From a candidate division Kazan bacterium RIFCSPLOWO2_01_FULL_48_13 (GTDB taxonomy: Bacteria > Patescibacteriota > Kazan-3B-28 > UBA10110), in assembly GCA_001771275.1 (NCBI GenBank), contig METE01000004.1, positions 97,073 through 135,786 on the forward strand: a DNA stretch of 38,714 bases, given 5' to 3'. The notes beneath the pieces were generated by a model. It was not told the DNA's origin and did no database searches. It saw only the letters and a program-made list of their open reading frames with translations. This document shows positions 27,121 through 33,774 of the stretch, piece by piece. Position 1 is the first letter of the stretch, and every line of letters starts with the position of its first letter. The translations under genes were made by a program, and so were the position numbers.

Positions 27121-27346
27121 TCCGCCATCCGCCAGAGCCCAAGGCTCCCCTTTGGGGCTGGCGGAGGCGGACTGAAAACACTTTACTGGGCCAAAGGCCC
27201 CCCTTTGGGGCCGTAGGCTTATAAATAACTTACGACACAGCCCTCCGTAGTCCGTCAGCTGACGGACGGAGGATGGGTTCAGGATCCAGGCCTAGATTCC
27301 TCGAATCCCCAGCATTCTCTGGGCAAGCAAGTCCGGGGATGACCAA
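27121..27346. repeat. Cluster of nested GC-rich hairpin modules (same family as 9738, 14514, 15211 and 17618)
   Basis: It contains tccgcc...ggcgga hairpins, the 32-nt module at 27188-27219 (= 17695-17726), ccctccgtagtccgtcagctgacggacggaggatggg (27241-27277, also in 28686-28722 and 30124-30160), and the end ggggatgac. Confidence 0.75.
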
Positions 27347-27377
27347 TAAAATCAATAAGCCGTTAATGGATTAGAAT

Positions 27378-27788
27378 ATGGCTAAAGATTCTGCCGAACA
27401 AATAAAACGCCAACGCAAGTTGCGCTCCCAAATTCTAACGGCGATCTTCGCCAGTATCTTTGTGTATATGTTGGTAGGCACTATCGAGGCGGTGTGGCAA
27501 AACTACGCTATCAATAAGGAGGTAGCCAAATTGAGGGCAGAGATCGTCCAACTCCAAGAAGAAGGCCGTCAAGTAAAGTACCTGATCGCTTACTTAGGCA
27601 CTGAGTCCTTTAAAGAGCGGGAGGCCCGCCGCAAGCTGGGATATAAAAAACCGGGGGAACAGGTGTTAGCTTTACCCAACTCCATTCTGGAAGAACTAAC
27701 CCCGGGCCAGGCTAACGATAGTACTGATCCCGAGGCCAAACCAGAGCTATCGAATCCGCAAAAGTGGCAAGAGTTCATCTTCGGCTAA
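27378..27788 (+). CDS. Septum formation initiator (FtsB/DivIC-like) protein
   Basis: 136 aa with one TM helix and then a coiled coil (NKEVAKLRAEIVQLQEEGRQVKYLI...ARRKLGYKKPGE), typical of the family. Confidence 0.55.
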   Translation: MAKDSAEQIKRQRKLRSQILTAIFASIFVYMLVGTIEAVWQNYAINKEVAKLRAEIVQLQEEGRQVKYLIAYLGTESFKEREARRKLGYKKPGEQVLALPNSILEELTPGQANDSTDPEAKPELSNPQKWQEFIFG

Positions 27789-27968
27789 CTCAGTTATAAT
27801 AAAAACTGATTAGTCTGATTTACTCAAACTAATCAGTTACTCCCCAAAAAACAGTATTTGATATTTTCTATTTGATATTAATTTGGGTCTGTAGCTCATC
27901 CCCGAAGGGGCCCCTGTGGGGTGGTGAGTAGTCCAATTATTAAAATAATAGAGTTCGCCTCCTCGGGT

Positions 27969-28040
27969 GGGCCTGTAGCTCAGCGGTAGAGCAGCCCCCT
28001 CATAAGGGGTTGGCCCTTGGTTCGATCCCAAGCGGGCCCA
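27969..28040 (+). tRNA. tRNA with CAU anticodon; no encoded CCA; flanked by complementary leader and trailer
   Basis: Acceptor GGGCCUG/CGGGCCC, D arm GCUC-AGCGGUA-GAGC, anticodon arm GCCCC-CUCAUAA-GGGGU, T arm CUUGG-UUCGAUC-CCAAG. The leader ctcctcggg (27959-27967) pairs with the trailer cccgaggag (28041-28049). Confidence 0.85.
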
Positions 28041-28069
28041 CCCGAGGAGCGAGAGCCTTCTTTCAAAGT

Positions 28070-28110
28070 CTTGGTTCTCCGCCCGCTGGCGGACCCAAGC
28101 GGGCCCACCA
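28070..28110 (+). pseudogene. tRNA 3' fragment (T arm + acceptor + CCA) with a 16-nt hairpin inserted in the T loop
   Basis: cttgg-ttc-[tccgcccgctggcgga]-c-ccaag-cgggccc-a-cca. This is identical to the 3' end of the tRNA at 27969-28040 except for the insert and the CCA. A matching 5' fragment, gggtctgtagctca, lies at 27886-27899. Confidence 0.6.
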
Positions 28111-28159
28111 CTCCAGTCTGGACAGTCGTTCGTTCCTCTGATAGCATTGCCCTTGTCGA

Positions 28160-28234
28160 CGCGGGGTAGAGCAGTAGTAGCTCGCCAGGCTCATAACCTG
28201 GAGGTCGTAGGTGCAATTCCTACCCCCGCTACCA
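28160..28234 (+). tRNA. Initiator tRNA-fMet (CAU), CCA encoded
   Basis: CGCGGGG-UA-GAGC-AGUAGUA-GCUC-G-CCAGG-CUCAUAA-CCUGG...CCCCGCU-A-CCA. The 5' CGCGGGG...GAGCAG...GCUCG and the mismatched 1:72 pair mirror the E. coli initiator. Confidence 0.85.
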
Positions 28235-28369
28235 TGTCGTAGCAAACTTCACTAACTCGCCCCGACCAACTAAGTTGGCGGGTCTTATCGTTCCATTACT
28301 ACTCCTTCCCAAATCACATCATTTAAAACATCCCCGTTGAGGGGATGTTTTAAATTGAAGGTAACAACC

Positions 28370-28561
28370 TTACTTCTTGCCCCAACGAGTGGACAACTCG
28401 TAGAGAGCTGCCAAACCGACAAGAGCGTAGATCACGCGGGTAAGCGTGCTCATATCGCCGAACAAAGTGGCCACCAAATCAAAGTTAAAGAATCCAACCA
28501 GACCCCAGTTCAGGCCACCGATAACGACCAACAAAAATGTAATCCAACCAAATGTGCTCAT
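28370..28561 (-). CDS. DUF378-family small membrane protein
   Basis: 63 aa. The GGLNWGLVGFFNFDLV...IYALVGLAALY pattern is typical of DUF378. Confidence 0.7.
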   Translation of the reverse strand: MSTFGWITFLLVVIGGLNWGLVGFFNFDLVATLFGDMSTLTRVIYALVGLAALYELSTRWGKK

Positions 28562-28646
28562 AATAATTCCTTTATAAATTAATGTGCTCGGTCCCCTACT
28601 CTTATTTTACCAAAAAATCAGGCCAAACTCGGTCTTCATAGCTATT

Positions 28647-28745
28647 TGGCTCCCCAGCTCGGTTCGGATTGCATTCCTACGCCAGCCCTCCGTAGTCCGT
28701 CAACTGACGGACGAAGGATGGGAGGAGATAATCTGGGACTTTCGA
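28647..28745. repeat. Cassette-boundary repeat, copy A (filled with a 45-nt hairpin module)
   Basis: 28655-28745 is identical to 30093-30183 over 91 nt. It lies just 3' of the minus-strand gene 28801-29826. Confidence 0.85.
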
Positions 28746-28800
28746 CTGGCTACTGACGCATCTGGGTCAATCATAGAACCTTCAAGAAATTTGATCCACG

Positions 28801-29826
28801 CTACGATCTCTCAACATGCCGAACCATAAAATTGACCGTTTCGTTCACATTAACCGGCTCAATTACAATATTCGGATGTTTATTTTGAAAAATTCGGAAT
28901 ATTTCATCAGCAAAGGCCTGCCCAATATTTGGCACCTTTTCAAAATCCAAGACGATCCTTTTGAACTTGTCTAAGCCGGTTAAGATCCGCCGCGCTTGAG
29001 ACCTCGAAACATAGACCGTCCCCATGGTGAAAAGCCTGACATGAATTTCAGTTTTATCAAAAGCATAGCTCCCCGGTTTGGACTGATACTTTTCAAAAAT
29101 CTTATTAAGATGTCTATCACTATTCCGACTAATTGAAAAGACAACTCGAGTTCCCCTAATAGATGTTTCAGTCTTATTGAAAAAAATATCTGGAATGATA
29201 TTGTCCACTACCATCTCGTATCCAAAGCTCTCGAGTGCAAATCTATCAGCCGCCTGGGATGTAAAGAAAATTCCTTCGCCTGTGTGAGCTTTCGGGTCCG
29301 TTGTCAATTTCCCCTTCAATAAGTCTTGCATGGCCTCCAATTCTAACTTTAGCCCCCTTTCTTTCATCACTTTAAGAAAGACTCCCACACCAAAGTCCTG
29401 TACGCTAAACTTAATTTGGTCTAATGCGTCTTCTAACTGAACTTCAATGAGCTTCGATCCGGAGTGTTCGATAGCATTATTTAACATTTCTGAAAAAGCA
29501 TAATGGACAATACTTTTAACATTCTCCGGAGCTGTGCGGAAAGCTGGACAAGCGTCAATCAAATTATCAAATACTTCGTGCTCTTTGATGTCTCGGTTGA
29601 CCAGCTTTTTGGTAACGGCCGAAGCACCAATCTTATTAATCAAATCGGGTAAGGTGTAAAAAGCTGCCCTCGTAGAACCAAATTTCACTACTTTCCCTTC
29701 GTTGACTAGGATACGTAAAATCTGGCTAGCTCGTTGTCTGCTGAACTGAAAATTCCTAGCCACCTCGGGAGATGTCACCCGTTCCTTTTCTCGAATAAAT
29801 TCAGTTACCTGAGATTTGATATCCAT
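28801..29826 (-). CDS. wHTH + histidine-kinase-like ATPase (anti-sigma/RsbW-like) + C-terminal STAS-like (DUF4325-type) protein
   Basis: N-terminal wHTH (SPEVARNFQFSRQRASQILRILVNEGKV). N-box-like EMLNNAIEHS and G1-like QDFGVGV. C-terminal block RRILTGLDKFKRIVLDFEKVPNIGQAFADEIFRIF. The gene is AT-rich. Confidence 0.6.
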   Translation of the reverse strand: MDIKSQVTEFIREKERVTSPEVARNFQFSRQRASQILRILVNEGKVVKFGSTRAAFYTLPDLINKIGASAVTKKLVNRDIKEHEVFDNLIDACPAFRTAPENVKSIVHYAFSEMLNNAIEHSGSKLIEVQLEDALDQIKFSVQDFGVGVFLKVMKERGLKLELEAMQDLLKGKLTTDPKAHTGEGIFFTSQAADRFALESFGYEMVVDNIIPDIFFNKTETSIRGTRVVFSISRNSDRHLNKIFEKYQSKPGSYAFDKTEIHVRLFTMGTVYVSRSQARRILTGLDKFKRIVLDFEKVPNIGQAFADEIFRIFQNKHPNIVIEPVNVNETVNFMVRHVERS

Positions 29827-29853
29827 AGAATAATTCTATCATATATCCTAATT

Positions 29854-29928
29854 ATTGTAAAGTACTAAAAAGGAATTGTAAACAGTATTGTAAAGTGCTC
29901 TAAATCAATTGTATGCTCTATTGTAAAG
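29854..29928. promoter_or_regulatory. Array of five ATTGTAAAG-type direct repeats upstream of the wHTH-HATPase gene (putative operator or iterons)
   Basis: Copies start at 29854, 29875, 29887, 29908 (degenerate ATTGTATG) and 29920. The spacing alternates 21/12/21/12 nt. Confidence 0.55.
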
Positions 29929-30084
29929 ACGGTGATTTAGGCACCTCGGTCACTTTACTCGTTTTTGTTTGGCCCCGTTAGCATTCCTTACTGTAAAACG
30001 GATTCCATCCTGTTATTACAGTAGCGTCAGCTCCGGGACGCACCTGTCTGGCTCTTCTGTCGGATGACAGATGTCGCCAACATG

Positions 30085-30210
30085 TGGCTCAACAGCTCGG
30101 TTCGGATTGCATTCCTACGCCAGCCCTCCGTAGTCCGTCAACTGACGGACGAAGGATGGGAGGAGATAATCTGGGACTTTCGAAAGGGAGCTCGGGTAAG
30201 TGGGTCAGTT
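30085..30210. repeat. Cassette-boundary repeat, copy B (filled)
   Basis: The left part equals copy A. The right part, aagggagctcgggtaagtgggtcagtt, equals copy C. It lies just 3' of the fic gene. Confidence 0.85.
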
Positions 30211-30296
30211 GACGTGACATACATCAACTATACTAATATCCTTTGGTTATCTCCATTCCTATCTCAAAAAGTGTAGCGTCCCCTATTTCTATTTGT

Positions 30297-31184
30297 CTAT
30301 TTGCCCTCAAAATCCTCGCTGATCTTCCAAACACCCTTTTCTCTGAAAGCAGGAATATTCTGTCGGCGTGCGGCATTTGTGATTGCGGATGCAGATTTAG
30401 CGTGGCTTTTTGTGTATTCGGAAAGCCGAATAACTTTGCCGCCTTTGAGATACGTAATGCGCTTATGAAGCGACTCCATCAAGCCAAGAGAGACTACCTT
30501 TTCAAGAGTTTTGGTATTTTTGTCGTCACGATAATCGCCAAAGGACTTGTAGTATTCTTTTTTCTCACGGTCCCGAATGATAATAATCGGGAAACCGAGA
30601 CACTGAAGCTGGTAAGAGATCAACACGCGGCCAATACGACCGTTGCCATCGCAGAACGGATGGGTAGTTTCAAAATCCAAATGGAACTTGGCAATCTTGT
30701 CTAAAAAGTAAGCAGACATATCGCTCGTATATTCGGTGATAGTAGAAGCAATCAGTTTCTCCACTTGTTCCGGAGCAGGAGCAACGTGCGTACCGACTCG
30801 GACATATTCGCCCGGGCCACGAAAGCGTCCAGCGATCTTGTCATCAATACCGCCAATCAGCATCTGATGCAAAAGTAATATAAGCTCCCTGTTTACTTCC
30901 GTCTCTTTTGATTTGGTGCGAATGTAGTCGATAACTCGAGCGAGATTTTTTGCTTCATACACTTCACGCAAAGAAACACCTCGAGCGACCTCCATATCCA
31001 AAAGAATCTTCTCGGTCTCCTTGAGAGTGAGGGTGGAGTTTTCAATAGCGTTGGAGTTGTAAACACTCTCCGATACTTCCACCTCATCGATCATGACCAA
31101 AAGCGAATCCTTGCCTTTGCGGAGGACGTCATACTGGGCCTTGAGAGCCTGAATCCGATCTTTGATTGGTTTTGTTATAGCCAT
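30297..31184 (-). CDS. fic: Fic family protein (AMPylase-type), class II with an N-terminal inhibitory helix
   Basis: Catalytic loop HPFCDGNGRIGR (HxFx[D/E]GNGRxxR). An upstream S-N-A-I-E-N matches the [S/T]xxxE[G/N] inhibitory motif. There is a C-terminal HTH-like tail. Confidence 0.85.
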   Translation of the reverse strand: MAITKPIKDRIQALKAQYDVLRKGKDSLLVMIDEVEVSESVYNSNAIENSTLTLKETEKILLDMEVARGVSLREVYEAKNLARVIDYIRTKSKETEVNRELILLLHQMLIGGIDDKIAGRFRGPGEYVRVGTHVAPAPEQVEKLIASTITEYTSDMSAYFLDKIAKFHLDFETTHPFCDGNGRIGRVLISYQLQCLGFPIIIIRDREKKEYYKSFGDYRDDKNTKTLEKVVSLGLMESLHKRITYLKGGKVIRLSEYTKSHAKSASAITNAARRQNIPAFREKGVWKISEDFEGK

Positions 31185-31585
31185 AGGCTTGAATAATGTT
31201 TATAGAGCCAGTATAGTCTATTCATCTCTAAAAGTCAATCTTTAGTGAATAGAGGCTATAAAGTGCCCTACATTCACTAGACAATATACCCTATAGCCAG
31301 AAACACAAGCATTCCCCTGTGTTTCAGCAATAAGACACTTTTGTATCATTACTGAAAAGCGGGCTGGAAGTCGCCTTTAAGGTATCCCCCAATTCAGATA
31401 TGTAAGAATAGGGGTGCGTTTCTCCTTTGACCTGGTTTTTGGAGATTAGTTTCAACTACCTAACCTGTTAAGATTTTACATAATTAAGTAGCACGCCATT
31501 CCGTAGCCCAAAGTCAGTCCGTAGCTCTTGGCCTGTGGTAGCTCATAGAGCGTAGTCGGCTTAGCGTAGGAGGATTGGCAAAGGA

Positions 31586-31605
31586 TGGCTCCCGGGGTCG
31601 GACTC
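31586..31605 (-). repeat. Direct copy of the last 20 nt of tRNA-Asn (T-loop to CCA)
   Basis: tggctcccggggtcggactc is identical to 33651-33670 and 33435-33454. Confidence 0.9.
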
Positions 31606-31674
31606 CCGCCGGCGTTCAATCTCATTCAAAGTAGATCATCTGTCTCTTTGAATGTAGATATCACTTTGGCGGAC
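31604..31674. ncRNA. Structured element E2, homolog of E1 (26678-26747); function unknown
   Basis: The conserved flanks cgttcaatct and tagatatcact.tgg.ggac enclose a hairpin. The hairpin sequence differs between copies (tatcgcaa/ttgcgata vs cattcaaag/ctttgaatg) but the pairing is kept. Confidence 0.5.
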
Positions 31675-31783
31675 CTTGCTCCCCTCTTGCTTCGGAACAT
31701 CAGCTGTTCCTTCGCATCGGTTCTCGCTCAGACCTCATCAACAAATCGTTCCCTAGCCCCGATTATATCGGGGCGACGGACGA

Positions 31784-31866
31784 TGGCTCAACAGCTCGGT
31801 CCAGATTGCATTCCCAAGGAGATAATCTGGGACTTTTGAAAGGGAGCTCGGGCAAGTGGGTCAGTT
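31784..31866. repeat. Cassette-boundary repeat, copy C (unfilled)
   Basis: It matches copy B on both sides but has 'ca' where A and B carry the 45-nt hairpin module. It lies 3' of the DGR template repeat. Confidence 0.8.
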
Positions 31867-31935
31867 ATGGAATCTTGAGAGAAAGGAACAAACAAAAACT
31901 CTCCCGACCAGAAAGTCGAGAGAGAAACGAAGAGA

Positions 31936-32072
31936 GTTGCGGCGACGGAAGACAAAGCGGTTGTTGCCATTCCAGTGGTTGTCGGGGTTGTCCCAATTCG
32001 TATTGAGCCAACGGTCGTTGTCGTCGTGTTCGACGTTGAACACGTTCGGATTGCCGTCGGAATCGGTATTGT
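31936..32072 (-). repeat. DGR template repeat (TR), including a 3' IMH*-like segment (31936-31955)
   Basis: See the VR feature. The coding-strand adenine-rich copy translates as ...NTDSDGNPNVFNVEHDDNDRWLNTNWDNPDNHWNGNNRFVF with many AAY codons. It is not preceded by a credible gene start. Confidence 0.9.
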
Positions 32073-32330
32073 GCGAGATATTATCCATAAGCACCACCCC
32101 TTGATTCTACTTTTGTGGCAGAAGTCTTAGAGTTGAATTTTATTCGGCATCTATAATGCCTGAATATCTCGCACCAAGTATCTTCATTTTTTGAAGTTTC
32201 TGCATACAACCTCTATTCCAAACCTTAGTCGGGAATACTCTCATTGTATGGATACTGGGTTCGGCAGCCAGAAACCTTGATCGCTGGCATATTCGCCTAG
32301 TTCCATGAATAGTTTACCAAATTTGAAACA

Positions 32331-32362
32331 TAAAAAGAGGCCGTGCTCCGGAGAGCACGGCC
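32331..32362 (-). terminator. Rho-independent terminator of the DGR target gene
   Basis: ggccgtgctc-cgga-gagcacggcc (32339-32362), followed on the minus strand by tcttttta. Confidence 0.65.
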
Positions 32363-32426
32363 AAAGGACAAAGGGTCAAGGGTCAAGGACCCAAGAGAAC
32401 CATGGGTCCAAAACCCAAAGTCCAAG

Positions 32427-33113
32427 TTACTTGCGACGCAGGAACACCCAGCGGCCGTCGCCATCCCAGCGGTAGCCGGGGCGGGCCCAACGCGTATAGA
32501 GCCAACGGACGCGGTCGGCGTGCCCGACGCTGAACACGCCCGGACGGCCGTCGGAAGCGGTAATGGTCTCCATCGCCATGATGAGGACCTCGCCGACTGG
32601 CTGGTCAGGGTACTGCTTCCGTAGTTCGGGGCCAGCCCAAGCTGGAATGAGCTCACCGTTCACGTTATGAATACCTTCGTAGATCTCCGCCGTGGTCGGT
32701 CTCTCTTTGCTAGTCAGCTCCGTACCAGAAGCGATGACCAGCTCCAGGGTAGTGATGTCGAAGCCCTTCTTGAAGCCGGCCTTCTTCATGATATCAGCCG
32801 CCCAGTCGCCGATTCGAAAGCCACCCGCCTTCAAATCGGCAGTATAGCTATTGGCATCGTCGCAGGTACGGGTCAGCACCTTCCACGTCGGTCGCTGTAT
32901 CAGGGGGAGACGCAGAGCCTGTTCCTCGGCCAGACGGCTGAGGAAGCTGTACCACTCCTCGCTGAAATTGGGGTGGCCCATAGCCAACTGCGCCCGTTCT
33001 GTGCCACCCTTGTACTTGCGGGTGGCATCCTCGACCTGTCGGCCGAGCTGTCTGGCCACACCATCCGAGGTGGGCTGAGTTTCGACAGTTCCAGAAGTAC
33101 TCTGATTTGACAT
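32427..33113 (-). CDS. DGR variable (target) protein, 229 aa, with VR at the C-terminus
   Basis: The ATG at 33113 has AGGAG 7 nt upstream. The track ORF runs to 33209 without an SD. The last about 45 codons are the variable repeat. The stop is TAA at 32427-32429. No signal peptide was seen. Confidence 0.8.
   Translation of the reverse strand: MSNQSTSGTVETQPTSDGVARQLGRQVEDATRKYKGGTERAQLAMGHPNFSEEWYSFLSRLAEEQALRLPLIQRPTWKVLTRTCDDANSYTADLKAGGFRIGDWAADIMKKAGFKKGFDITTLELVIASGTELTSKERPTTAEIYEGIHNVNGELIPAWAGPELRKQYPDQPVGEVLIMAMETITASDGRPGVFSVGHADRVRWLYTRWARPGYRWDGDGRWVFLRRK
32430..32566 (-). repeat. DGR variable repeat (VR), including a 3' IMH-like segment (32430-32449)
   Basis: Hand alignment of 32450-32566 with TR 31956-32072 (constant offset 494, no indels). 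All 79 positions that are not A in the TR coding strand are identical. Of the 38 TR adenines, 27 are substituted in the VR. The next 20 nt are 13/20 identical, with mismatches at non-A positions. Confidence 0.9.
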
Positions 33114-33434
33114 CAGGTATCTCCTATTGGTTCGCCTTATTGTTAAGGCGTTGATGGGTGATTTCCCTGAAGTATTCAGGGGCCATCGAACACCCCTAGG
33201 ATAGCACAAAAACCATCCTTTGTAAAGGAGATTTTATGCTCTGGAGGCATATTTCTACTAATCCGCCCTAATCCTCGGGGAGCTGGACTTTGGGTAGTTT
33301 CCATGACTTAACTAGAGCTTTTGCCCAACGGGGCAAAGCGGTTTAGAACCATTTTAAGGAGTAAACCAAAACAACCTATCTGGGTCATTTTGGCTTTCAT
33401 CACCCCAAAGGAGGGGTTCGATAACTGTCCTAGT

Positions 33435-33612
33435 TGGCTCCCGGGGTCGGACTCCGTCCGTCAGATGACGGACTAGAACCGGTCGGGGTTCGGGCTGCCT
33501 CACCCCTCTTCAGAACCTTGCGGTTCCGACGCCCGCTAAAGCGGTCTGCCTCCACCACGGGAAAACTCCCGTTTTCCCGACCCCTTTCCCACGGTTCGAG
33601 TCCAACCACAAA
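33435..33612 (-). other. Degenerate tRNA-Asn-like / structured RNA segment ending in the tRNA-Asn 3' terminus
   Basis: It ends with the 20-nt tRNA-Asn 3' copy (33435-33454). The T loop is interrupted by the hairpin cgtccgtcagatgacggac. Upstream are several GNRA-type hairpins (ggaacc-gcaa-ggttc). There is no intact cloverleaf. Confidence 0.4.
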
Positions 33613-33617
33613 CTATG

Positions 33618-33648
33618 AAAAAGCGTCACGAAATTCGTGCCGCTTTTT
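33618..33648 (-). terminator. Hairpin terminator directly after tRNA-Asn
   Basis: On the minus strand: aaaaagcggcacg-aattt-cgtgacgcttttt. There is one internal mismatch. Confidence 0.6.
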
Positions 33649-33650
33649 CA

Positions 33651-33725
33651 TGGCTCCCGGGGTCGGACTCGAACCGACAACCAATCGCTTAACAGGCGAT
33701 CGCTCTGCCATTGAGCTACCCGGGA
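33651..33725 (-). tRNA. tRNA-Asn (GUU), CCA encoded
   Basis: UCCCGGG-UA-GCUC-AAUGGCA-GAGC-G-AUCGC-CUGUUAA-GCGAU-UGGUU-GUCGG-UUCGAGU-CCGAC-CCCGGGA-G-CCA. Confidence 0.9.
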
Positions 33726-33774
33726 ATGATAAACTTTTTGCGAAAGTTAATGTCCAATATCCAATGTCCAATAA

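Noticed and set aside
31430-31585. A plus-strand tRNA suggested by ggtagctcatagagcgtag...
   Set aside because: Only a D-arm-like GCUC-AUA-GAGC is present, and no anticodon or T arm can be drawn. It is probably another degraded tRNA-derived scrap.
28647-31866. Integron-style attC sites for the boundary repeats A, B and C
   Set aside because: No integrase is nearby, I could not find the R''/R' GTTRRRY core sites, and the internal palindrome in A and B is a nested insertion absent from C. The repeats are kept only as a cassette-like observation.
31861-32097. 78-aa ORF (MVLMDNISHNTDSDGNPNVF...) that looks like a small Asn/Asp-rich protein
   Set aside because: It is the DGR template repeat read in the frame inherited from the VR. 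It has no SD and its start is uncertain, so it is treated as a non-coding TR.
33435-33612. tmRNA
   Set aside because: There is no G3-U70 alanine-identity acceptor, no 5' GGGG strand pairing with the 3' end, and no resume codon or tag reading frame.
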